This document shows, in pieces, positions 21,397 to 30,375 of a DNA stretch of 64,000 nt. Source of the DNA: Naegleria gruberi (Eukaryota); NCBI GenBank assembly GCA_000004985.1, contig GG738865.1. One strand, 5' to 3'. Position numbers and translations under genes: made by a program. The stretch's first letter is position 1, and each line of letters begins with the position of its first letter. The notes below the pieces were generated by a model, which searched no databases, was not told the origin of the DNA, and was given only the letters and a program-made list of their open reading frames with translations.

Positions 21397-23532
21397 ATGT
21401 CCTACTCATCTGAAGAAGATTATCAAGAAGAAGAACCTTTTTCCTCCTCATCACCATCATCACCATCATCATCCTCTTCTGGAGACGAAGAAGAAGAATC
21501 AACAGATGATCGATATGTGAGAGCGGAGGGTAATAATCCAAAGAGAAAAAACCTAAATGTCACCAGCAATAGCAGTAGCAGCAATATGAATTTTATTCAA
21601 AGCAATTTTAATGATCATCATTATATTTATCCTGATTCTGATCTAAATTATGGTTTTTTTCTTAATACTACTGCTAATAGAAGAAGTAGTAGTAGTATCA
21701 GTGGTGGTGATAAGAAGAATGGAGCAGCTGCATTTACATTTACTGCATCGGGACAACCGTTTGGAATTTCTGGTGGTGGTCTTGGTGGTGGTGATCAAAC
21801 TCTAATTTCCTCATCAAATTCAAATAGTTTTTCTTCATCAAATTCAACTCCGTGTGGTGGTTTCAAGTTTGATGATACTTCTAAAGTCCTGTTTAGTCAA
21901 CAAAAACCAATATTTGGTTCTTTTAATACTTCTCAGCCTTTTGGTACTAATAGTGGTGATGATCATCAAGCTACTAACAATTCAAATAGTTCAAATACTA
22001 ATAATGCATCATCCACTTCATCATTGGCAGCATCGGAAGAGAAATTATTTGTCTTTGGAAGTGTTCCATCATCCTCATCCACTTCATTAAGCCACTCACC
22101 AACAAAGACAATGCATAGAAGAGGCATAAATGTTGCATCCAAGAATAGGAATGAAAATATTGATAACATATTCAATTCATTGCCAAAACCTCCTACTTTT
22201 GGTTATCAACAAGCAGTTGATCAAAAAGATAGTACCACTGGTGATTCTTTATCAGAGATGAGTCAGTCCTTGTATAGTATTTTGAGAATGGCTAAAGTGA
22301 AGGGAGTTACCACTAAAATATCTGAACTCAAATCAAGAAAGGAACCGAGAAAATATCAAATCAAATCCTATCCAAGAGATTTAATATTGGAAGGTGGAAT
22401 GTTGCAAGTTTATGCATTTAAGCCACTATTGAAAATTGTTGCTCCTAATTTTTGTAAGAATGTCATTTGTAATGAACCATTATTGCATAGATTGGAAAGT
22501 AAGGAGATTGAAACATTGAATTTCTTCATATACATGATCTATTCGAAATCATCCTTTACAAATTTCAGCTTGTTTCCAAGCTTACCATTTTTGGTGTTTT
22601 TAATGGACGTGAGTAAGGAAGATTTTCTGCAACAGAAGAGCTACTTTATTAGTCAACTTGGCTTTGTTTATTTGAATACCAAAAACGCTGTGGACATTCT
22701 AGTGGGAACTGACAAGTACATTGCATTAAGAAACGAACTGTTCACAGAGGATATTTCTCTTAAATTTTTAGATCAAGTCAGAATCACTTGCTTGGAGTAT
22801 ATTGGAGCCAATTCGTCGTGCAAAGAATTTGATTACAATCAAGATCCAAGAGTGAAAGATTATGTATTGGAATTCTACAGATATAAGCATGTGACCCGTG
22901 ATATTGTGCCACCTTTTCAAACACCAGTCGTCATTGGAGGCATTAACATTATCTATAACTTTAAAGAGGACAGTGATGCTGTGGTGAAAATTCCTGATTC
23001 TCTGGGAGGAGTCAAAACCATATATTGTCACAAGACTGTGCTCTCCAGTGCTTCTGAAATGTTGGAAGTAAATTTTGGACCCAATTGGAGCAATGAAGAG
23101 GATGAAGACGGAAGAGCCATCATCAATGTTGAACATCTCATTGAAGTTGCCTCAGATCCAAGTGTAATGGAATTTATTATCGAGTATGCCTATGGAATTT
23201 TTGCACCAATCAAGGTTTCTTCCAAGCAAGTAATTCCACTCATTAAGGCTGCACATTTCTATAGAATTCAGGGCCTTCTCGATGAGTGTCTCTACTTGTG
23301 TGTGAATAGGGACAAGCTCTCCTTTTTCGAAGTGGCCGAATCTCTAGAGGATCATTTCGAAGACGAAACCATGGAAGCTTTTGAGGATGTTATGGTAGAA
23401 ATTGGAACTGCCAATTACCCCTTCATTATTGGAGCAAGTGATGAAGAATTAATGAAATTGCCAAAGAGAATGCTTATTAAGATGTTCAGAAAGATTTACA
23501 AAACATACATTCCAAATATCAAAACCTTGTAA
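21397..23532 (+). CDS. Protein with an S-rich/FG-repeat N-terminal region and one or two C-terminal BTB/POZ domains.
   Basis: FG-type repeats are present ('PFGISGGGLGGG', 'PIFGSFNTSQPFGTNSG'). A BTB-like block reads 'KTIYCHKTVLSSASEMLEVNF...IEYAYGIF...LIKAAHFYRIQGLLDECL'. The ATG at 21397 was verified. Confidence 0.55.
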   Translation: MSYSSEEDYQEEEPFSSSSPSSPSSSSSGDEEEESTDDRYVRAEGNNPKRKNLNVTSNSSSSNMNFIQSNFNDHHYIYPDSDLNYGFFLNTTANRRSSSSISGGDKKNGAAAFTFTASGQPFGISGGGLGGGDQTLISSSNSNSFSSSNSTPCGGFKFDDTSKVLFSQQKPIFGSFNTSQPFGTNSGDDHQATNNSNSSNTNNASSTSSLAASEEKLFVFGSVPSSSSTSLSHSPTKTMHRRGINVASKNRNENIDNIFNSLPKPPTFGYQQAVDQKDSTTGDSLSEMSQSLYSILRMAKVKGVTTKISELKSRKEPRKYQIKSYPRDLILEGGMLQVYAFKPLLKIVAPNFCKNVICNEPLLHRLESKEIETLNFFIYMIYSKSSFTNFSLFPSLPFLVFLMDVSKEDFLQQKSYFISQLGFVYLNTKNAVDILVGTDKYIALRNELFTEDISLKFLDQVRITCLEYIGANSSCKEFDYNQDPRVKDYVLEFYRYKHVTRDIVPPFQTPVVIGGINIIYNFKEDSDAVVKIPDSLGGVKTIYCHKTVLSSASEMLEVNFGPNWSNEEDEDGRAIINVEHLIEVASDPSVMEFIIEYAYGIFAPIKVSSKQVIPLIKAAHFYRIQGLLDECLYLCVNRDKLSFFEVAESLEDHFEDETMEAFEDVMVEIGTANYPFIIGASDEELMKLPKRMLIKMFRKIYKTYIPNIKTL

Positions 23533-23554
23533 CATTCTCGGTTTGATGTATTTA

Positions 23555-24208
23555 TTAGTTTTTGAAAATTCTCATTACAGTAACCAAATAGTCACGATAT
23601 TTCTCTCCAAATAAAGAGATTACTTCTTCCTTGCTTTCAAAGGCAGATCTATTATTCTTCCAAACACGGAAACAGAATCTGTTTCTTGCATTCCATTCAG
23701 CTCCATCCTTATCCAAGGTCACATGTTTGTAATAACCAGTAATTAACATCTTGACCTTTTCTTTCACAAGTGGAATATTTTTAGAGGATTGGAATGAGTT
23801 GACTAAATTGTGGAATGGAACAGATCCCTTCAAGTTTCCATGCAAGATTCCAGCAGCTTCAATTTCATCCTCAGATTGAATAAAGAGATTAGCAGTTTCA
23901 TAGGATGCAGAATTGTTAATCAAATGATTAATGGAAATACTAATCTTTTTGCTAATTATTGGTTGAGTGATGGATTTCATAAATTTAATTGATTCTTCTT
24001 CATTGAAAGGAGAGTAATATTCTCCCTTTTCAATGGCAACTTTCTTCTTGTTTGGAGTTTGAAAGTTGACAGTTTGAATCAATAAACAAATGAGTCCTGA
24101 TTTGCTATTTACCATTGAGTGAATATCAGAAATATCCTCCTTTTCATTCAAATACTCTGATGCTACCTTAATGAATGGTAAAATATTAACACGGAAGGAT
24201 TCGTCCAA
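23555..24208 (-). CDS. Hypothetical protein. It lies in the same reading frame as the upstream VWA gene and only about 105 nt downstream of it.
   Basis: The ORF-track start is a TTG, and the first ATG gives about 186 aa ('MVNSKSGLICLL...'). No domain was recognised. See the finding on the in-frame arrangement. Confidence 0.3.
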   Translation of the reverse strand: MDESFRVNILPFIKVASEYLNEKEDISDIHSMVNSKSGLICLLIQTVNFQTPNKKKVAIEKGEYYSPFNEEESIKFMKSITQPIISKKISISINHLINNSASYETANLFIQSEDEIEAAGILHGNLKGSVPFHNLVNSFQSSKNIPLVKEKVKMLITGYYKHVTLDKDGAEWNARNRFCFRVWKNNRSAFESKEEVISLFGEKYRDYLVTVMRIFKN

Positions 24209-24313
24209 TTTCGAAACAAGACCAGTTGCAAGTTGACCTAATCTTTGAATATTTCCGAAGAAAATTCCACATTAGTGTTAAATTCTGAAGCTTGTGGTTT
24301 GTTCTTCTCTGGC

Positions 24314-26638
24314 TCATCTGAAATTGACAATTTGTTCTTCTTCTTGAGCAGTTGCTTCCAATAATTGTTTCATTTTTGAAATGTATTGATTTTCTGAAGT
24401 TTCTTTCTTATTTTGGAACATTTTCTTTTTAACAATCTCAATTTGGGAATCTATAATTTCATCGAGTTGCAACATTTCACACATATCCTTTTCAGAGAAG
24501 GAATTTCTTTCAAGGATACTGCTGGATCTTCTCAAATCCTCTTCCATAATATTTTGGAAGAATAGTTTCCAATTAATGGAAGTGGAAGAAACCTTTCCAC
24601 CAATTATGGAACACAAGACTGTGGCGAGGAAGATTTGATTTTTTGGAATGGAATCTTGGAATCTAACATTGACATCTTGATTATAGTTCAATAACTTTTG
24701 ATTAATTGAGTCGTATTCGTTCAATTCTTCCAAAACTTTAGAACAAGTTTCCAAAATAATTTGCAATTGATGTTTGGAGAATTCACTTTTTCCTTGACTA
24801 TACGAAAGAACTGCCTTCACCAATACCAAAAATGGAATAGTTTCCAATTGTTCCTTCATATATCCTAATGGCTCCAAGGTTGCAACATATCCCAAAATAC
24901 TCTTCATCTTTTCCTTTGCAACTTTCCAGTGCTCTTCATTAATATACAATGGCAACACTCCAGAAATATTCTCTTTTGCAGTTCCAGTCAATACAGTTCC
25001 TGATTGACCAGAAAATCCTCCGTGGACACTAATTTGGTCATTGGTATTTTCCAATGAAAACAAGACAGAATCCAAGAATGATTCAGCTGTCATCATGGTT
25101 GCACTGACAGATTTGATTTCTACAAGAGAAGGATCTTTGATTGCATTTTCTGGACGAATGACATCAAGAGCCAAACACAAGCAATCACGATCTTGCAATG
25201 CTTCCAACCAATTTTGACAGGAAATGATGCAAGTTCCGTATTTCTCTATTGATTCATTGTACTTTTCATTCAATTCTTCAAAATTCATTTCATTAACGTA
25301 TTGCTCAATTACAGTTTCAGAATCTTTGAAAATTGAAGCATTTTCTTGCTTTCTCATGTCCAATTTCTTTTTCAAGCATTGATTAGTGACAGAACGATAA
25401 GCAATATCATTCAAGGTTGCAAGTTTGTCATTGGAAAAATTTCCAATCATGGCACTTGAAAGAATTTCATTAAATTTCACCAAAGTTTCATGAATAGTAT
25501 TTCTGAAATCGTACAAATCTCTCCTCAAAATTCGATTCTTCATTCTCTGAATATTCAAAGTAATGATTGCCAACTTGTCTTGCAATTTCTTTCCCTTATT
25601 AAAGAATTCATTAAGGGTTTCTTTTGGAGTATTGGAAGAAATGTTGGTAGTAATTTCCAATAAGGATTTTTCAATGTATTTGATGATAATCTTAATTAGA
25701 GTTGGATCGTTTTTATCCGATTGATCATTTTGATTCGCTAATGGCACAATGTTCACCACTTTTGAAAAAAGTTCAATCGAATAAGTAAACGAATCCTCTG
25801 GTTTCTTCTCAATGAACGCATATCCTCTATATCTGCCTTCTTGCTCTTGAGAAGTGAAGGAAACTCTCATGGTTTTCTCAACTTGATTTCCATCATCCTT
25901 AATTGACAAGATTCCAACACTTGAATTAGAGGTCAATAATCCAATGAGATTTTCCATCGATTGATTAATTTCATTGGCATCTTTCACATATTGGAAAGTT
26001 CCTTGAACTGAACCCAATTGAGTAATTTGGGTCAATAATGCAACATCGTGACTAGAGGTGAAACCAATGGTGTGAAATTCGAAACTTTGAGTTTTAGTTT
26101 CGAGAACTTTCTTCATCTGTTCAATGGCTTTTTCTCTCTTATGACTGGATCCATCTTGTCCATCGGTGAAAAACAAGATTGCAACCTCAGATTGACTATT
26201 AAACATGTCTAATTTTGAAATGGCCTCAAATACACAGGTAAAATCAGTTCCTCCACCAGCTTGAATCTGTTCAAGAGTTGATTGTCTAGTTTCGGCTGGT
26301 TTCTTCCTCAAATCATACAACTCTGCAGAGGTATCATAGGCAATCAATACAACATCTGGTATATCGACAACTTGTTCAAATAAATTCGAAATTGCAATCT
26401 TTGCTTGATCAATTCCTTGACCACGCATCGATCCAGAAACATCCAATGCAATTACAATTTGCTTTTCCTTCCTCTGAATATTCGAAATGAGATCAAATTG
26501 AAGACAAGTTATGCTATCATCAATTTCATATTGACGAGTTTCAATATTATTATTATCTGATTGTTTGGAGGAGGACATTGTGTTTGTTTTTTTTTTAATT
26601 TGTTTTTTTTTGTTGATTCTTGATTGACCAAAGTTCAT
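24314..26638 (-). CDS. von Willebrand factor A (VWA) domain protein, 774 aa.
   Basis: 'IVIALDVSGSMRGQGIDQAK' carries the DxSxS MIDAS motif. '...GGTDFTCVFEAI...ILFFTDGQDGSS' follows. The ATG at 26636-26638 was verified. The C-terminal approx 500 aa are unassigned. Confidence 0.65.
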   Translation of the reverse strand: MNFGQSRINKKKQIKKKTNTMSSSKQSDNNNIETRQYEIDDSITCLQFDLISNIQRKEKQIVIALDVSGSMRGQGIDQAKIAISNLFEQVVDIPDVVLIAYDTSAELYDLRKKPAETRQSTLEQIQAGGGTDFTCVFEAISKLDMFNSQSEVAILFFTDGQDGSSHKREKAIEQMKKVLETKTQSFEFHTIGFTSSHDVALLTQITQLGSVQGTFQYVKDANEINQSMENLIGLLTSNSSVGILSIKDDGNQVEKTMRVSFTSQEQEGRYRGYAFIEKKPEDSFTYSIELFSKVVNIVPLANQNDQSDKNDPTLIKIIIKYIEKSLLEITTNISSNTPKETLNEFFNKGKKLQDKLAIITLNIQRMKNRILRRDLYDFRNTIHETLVKFNEILSSAMIGNFSNDKLATLNDIAYRSVTNQCLKKKLDMRKQENASIFKDSETVIEQYVNEMNFEELNEKYNESIEKYGTCIISCQNWLEALQDRDCLCLALDVIRPENAIKDPSLVEIKSVSATMMTAESFLDSVLFSLENTNDQISVHGGFSGQSGTVLTGTAKENISGVLPLYINEEHWKVAKEKMKSILGYVATLEPLGYMKEQLETIPFLVLVKAVLSYSQGKSEFSKHQLQIILETCSKVLEELNEYDSINQKLLNYNQDVNVRFQDSIPKNQIFLATVLCSIIGGKVSSTSINWKLFFQNIMEEDLRRSSSILERNSFSEKDMCEMLQLDEIIDSQIEIVKKKMFQNKKETSENQYISKMKQLLEATAQEEEQIVNFR

Positions 26639-26857
26639 CCCCCTGATGTGGTTTAAATATGAATTTGAAGGTTATGGTTGTGGGGAGGATGAACTTTGTG
26701 AATGGATATATGCAATTATGAAAAATACGAAAGGAAGTGTGGTTGGTTGACTTTGAAACATGTTGCAACATGATAAAATTTTCTTTTTATAAATAATTTA
26801 TTAGGAAAACATTGTCAAAATAACATATTGATTAATTATAAGCAAATTAAAAAGTGA

Positions 26858-27239
26858 TTGATCATTACAAAAGTAACTGCTGAAGGATTGAAATACCTCA
26901 CTAAATTGGAACAATTGACTGACCTGGATGTTTCTTCATGCAATATTCGACATGAAGGAGCCAAAGTCCTTAGTGAAATGGCTCAATTAAAAACACTCGT
27001 CTTGCAAGACTGTAATATTGGAATGGAAGAGACTAGAAATAAGCTAGCTTACCCAATTGACTTCACTCAATATTCATAGTAATAATATTGGTGATAAGGG
27101 AGCCGAATCAATCACTACTAAACTAGAAAATCTTACAATTCTCGATATTAGTTTTAGAGAATTTAATGAAGAAATTAAGAAATCCATTTATTCAATGAAG
27201 AATTTAACAATAATCAATAATAATAGTATCATTGATTAA
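26858..27239 (+). pseudogene. Frameshifted fragment of an RNI-like leucine-rich-repeat gene.
   Basis: Two short ORFs in different frames (26858..27079 and 27057..27239) encode LRR units. These are 'LDVSSCNIRHEGAKVLSEMAQLKTLVLQDCNIG' and 'LNIHSNNIGDKGAESITTKLENLTILDIS'. They closely resemble the repeats of the intact LRR gene at 27865..29052. No start codon or upstream coding continuity is present. Confidence 0.3.
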
Positions 27240-27277
27240 CGATTATCAGATTATTCTAGAGAATTCTGCTTGCTTAG

Positions 27278-27667
27278 TTATTCATTGAAATATATTGAGG
27301 TAATCATTCCAAGAGACAATGCCATCAACACAACAATATCAACATTACAAACTCTTACAATCTGTCTATTTACCATTGACTGTTTTTTTGATAATCTACT
27401 CAACCAAATAAAGGATGCCACACTAACAATACCAGATCCAAATGCCAATCCATACAATTCTGGTCTAAATGCTCCATAACAATGAAAAGTTCCAAGTAAT
27501 CCAAATAGTACAGCTCTATGTCTCATTAAAATTTCAAGATTCTCCTCATTGATTGGAATTCCATATAATTTCTCTAATTGCCTTGATCCTAGAAGGCCAG
27601 ATAGTGGCAACAAGTGGACAATACCCGAAAGAAGAAGAGAGGCAGCTGGAATGTAATGATGAAACAT
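27278..27667 (-). CDS. Small (129 aa) membrane protein, function unknown.
   Basis: The ATG at 27665-27667 was verified. There are three hydrophobic helices. Confidence 0.3.
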   Translation of the reverse strand: MFHHYIPAASLLLSGIVHLLPLSGLLGSRQLEKLYGIPINEENLEILMRHRAVLFGLLGTFHCYGAFRPELYGLAFGSGIVSVASFIWLSRLSKKQSMVNRQIVRVCNVDIVVLMALSLGMITSIYFNE

Positions 27668-27864
27668 TTTTTAAAGAATTTCTTCTTCTGCAGAAATTAT
27701 AATCAAATGATAATATTTAATAAAAATTAATTTTCAATCAATTAATTTCATATCTTCGGAATGTTGTTGTAACATGTTAGTGTTTAATTATGTTGTAAAT
27801 AATATTTAAAATATTTAAAATAATAATAATAAAAAAATGATTAAAGGTGAAATAGTGGCCTCAG

Positions 27865-29052
27865 GTGGTAGGTGATCAAAATCATCGATATTATTATATT
27901 ATATTTATCGGATGGTTTCGAATTATAGACCAATTTGTGAGTGATGTTTGTGGAGAGATTATTTCATACATTGACGATACGTGGTTTATTTTGAATAATT
28001 GCACATTGATTTCGAAACAATGGTTGAATGCGATCAAGAATTATGCAAAACTTTATGCAGAATTTAGAAAAGATTTGACCGAGGAAAGAGTTAAATTATT
28101 ATTCGAAAGTTCATTCTTGGACAGAATTATTGGAATGATAATATATTTACATGATCCGTGTGATGAATTTTGGCGAAATCTTTGGAAATTTACAAACTTA
28201 CAATTTTTCAATTTTAGTGGATCTGCTTGGAAAGCAAGAGAATTGAATGAAAAAAAACTTGCAATGATCTGTCAATTGAAGCAATTAAATAGTTTGAATA
28301 TTGGATATTGTTCTGTAGAAGATATAGCACCATTGGGTCAATTGAAAGATTTGACATGTTTAAATATTAATCATATTCCTATTGGATTGGAAGGATTGAA
28401 AATAATTGGTGAAAATTTACAACAATTGAAAAGTCTCGATGTTACTAATTGTGGAATTACCAATGAAGCAGCTCAATACATCAGACAATTGAATAATCTG
28501 GAGAGTTTAACCATTACCTTTGTATTTTATCAAAAATGCTTGAAAGGAGTTGAAGCTCTGAGTGAAATGAAACAATTGAAATCACTAAATATTGGTAATA
28601 GTAGTGATATTGGTGGACCTCAGGGAGCAAAACTAATCAGCTCATTGTATAATCTGACTAGTTTAAGGATGGATGGGACTATGATTGAAGATGAAGGAGC
28701 AAGATTCATTTCTGAATTGAAACACTTGAGATTCCTAGACCTTACTGGAAATAACATATCTGATGAAGGTGCCAAATCTATCAGTGGATTGAAACATGTG
28801 ACAGATCTTGATATGGCTCGAAATGATATTGGTGATGAAGGAGCAAAAGCAATTGCAACTATGAACCAGTTAAAAAGGCTAATTCTTGACAACAACAAAA
28901 TAGGGGATGATGGAGCTCAATACATTGGCAAATTACCACAATTGAGATCTCTTGCTGTTTGTGGAAATAGAATAACTCCAGTATCTATCCAAAATTTAAG
29001 AATGAGTTTTTCTCCTCCATTTGGATTCATGGCTTTCAATCAATCATACTAA
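27865..29052 (+). CDS. F-box-like / RNI-type leucine-rich-repeat protein.
   Basis: An N-terminal F-box-like region reads 'CGEIISYIDDTWFILNNCTLISKQWLNAIKN'. It is followed by about 10 RNI-like LRRs ('NNISDEGAKSISGLKHVTDLDMARNDIGDEGAKAIATMNQLKRLILDNNKIGDDGAQYI'). Confidence 0.55.
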   Translation: MVGDQNHRYYYIIFIGWFRIIDQFVSDVCGEIISYIDDTWFILNNCTLISKQWLNAIKNYAKLYAEFRKDLTEERVKLLFESSFLDRIIGMIIYLHDPCDEFWRNLWKFTNLQFFNFSGSAWKARELNEKKLAMICQLKQLNSLNIGYCSVEDIAPLGQLKDLTCLNINHIPIGLEGLKIIGENLQQLKSLDVTNCGITNEAAQYIRQLNNLESLTITFVFYQKCLKGVEALSEMKQLKSLNIGNSSDIGGPQGAKLISSLYNLTSLRMDGTMIEDEGARFISELKHLRFLDLTGNNISDEGAKSISGLKHVTDLDMARNDIGDEGAKAIATMNQLKRLILDNNKIGDDGAQYIGKLPQLRSLAVCGNRITPVSIQNLRMSFSPPFGFMAFNQSY

Positions 29053-29234
29053 ATCCTATCCTTCTTCTTCTATTTCTTATATTAAAGATATAAAACTTGG
29101 TGGGCTGGTTCTCTATATGATGTTCCTAACTGATATTATTGAGTGCAATAGGTGTGTGTGTGCGTTGTTGGAAAAATACACAAATTGTTGTTGTGATAAA
29201 ATCACATCAAATTGGAAAAATTGAAATTAAAAAA

Positions 29235-30287
29235 ATGTCGCTCCAACTACTCATCAATAATCTCGCATTGGTATTTGATACGAACAGTCCAGTGTCGAGT
29301 GTTGCAATGATTATGGTCGGATGTGTGCTGAACGTTGTAGTTTTGGAAATGATTTTAAATATTGACTCAAAATTAGGACCACTCATTACATTGATACAAT
29401 TTATTTTTATTGCTTTGGAGTCTATAAGACATAATATTGATTGGGAGACAAAGTCTTTGAAGAAGAGAGCCATTCCGTTGTGGTTTTATTGTATTTTAGT
29501 ATTCTTGTTCTTTTTCCAATCCGTTGTAAATAATTTAGTATTTTCGTATCACATTTCGATTGTACTTCACACAATATTTAGATCCAGCTCATTGTTGATG
29601 AATTTAGCTATCGGAATTTTAATGTTTGGAAAAACTCATTCAAAGGAAAAGATTTACTCTGTTGTGTTGATTACTGTTGGAATTTTCTTGGCTGTGGTTG
29701 CCTCCAATAAGAGTGAATCAACAGTTTTTGGACAGGAAATTAATGGATCTGAATGGTTTGTTGGATTAATGCTCTTAACAGCAAGTCAATTCATGACTGG
29801 GTTATTGGGAAATTTACAATCGTATGCCTATCAAAAATATGGAACCAACGATGAGAATGAGAATATTTTCTATTCACACGTATTGTCCATTCCATGTTTC
29901 ATATTCTTCGCTCCATCACTGATTGAAAATTACTACTCCATGCAACAACATCCAATTTTGTATTGGTACATGTTTTTGAGTGTACTAACTCAAATTGTGT
30001 GTATTAAGGGTGTCTACAAATTGACTGCTCAAACCAACTCTTTGGCCACTACTTTGACCATTACTGTGAGAAAGTTTGTCAGCTTGTTGTTTAGTATCTT
30101 TTACTTTGGAAATACCTTTACCCTTCTCCATACCTTCAGTACCTTCTTGGTCTTTTATGGCACACACTTGTTTGTTCAGAAACCAAAGAATGTTATTACT
30201 GCTTCAGATTCAGCTCCTCCAACACCAACAACAGAGCTTCCTTCTTCAACAAAATCGGAAAAGCCAAAGGAAGTTCACACTAATTAA
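29235..30287 (+). CDS. Nucleotide-sugar transporter of the SLC35B/TPT family.
   Basis: About 10 TM helices. The motif 'LTITVRKFVSLLFSIFYFGNTFT' is typical of SLC35 nucleotide-sugar transporters. The ORF-track start 29139 is a TTG, and the ATG at 29235 precedes 'MSLQLLINN'. Confidence 0.6.
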   Translation: MSLQLLINNLALVFDTNSPVSSVAMIMVGCVLNVVVLEMILNIDSKLGPLITLIQFIFIALESIRHNIDWETKSLKKRAIPLWFYCILVFLFFFQSVVNNLVFSYHISIVLHTIFRSSSLLMNLAIGILMFGKTHSKEKIYSVVLITVGIFLAVVASNKSESTVFGQEINGSEWFVGLMLLTASQFMTGLLGNLQSYAYQKYGTNDENENIFYSHVLSIPCFIFFAPSLIENYYSMQQHPILYWYMFLSVLTQIVCIKGVYKLTAQTNSLATTLTITVRKFVSLLFSIFYFGNTFTLLHTFSTFLVFYGTHLFVQKPKNVITASDSAPPTPTTELPSSTKSEKPKEVHTN

Positions 30288-30375
30288 ACTAGTTTTCAAG
30301 TTCAATTTACTATTTTACATGGTTACTTATTGACAGTTTAAGAATTTATTTTAATTTTACTGACACTTTCTCAAT

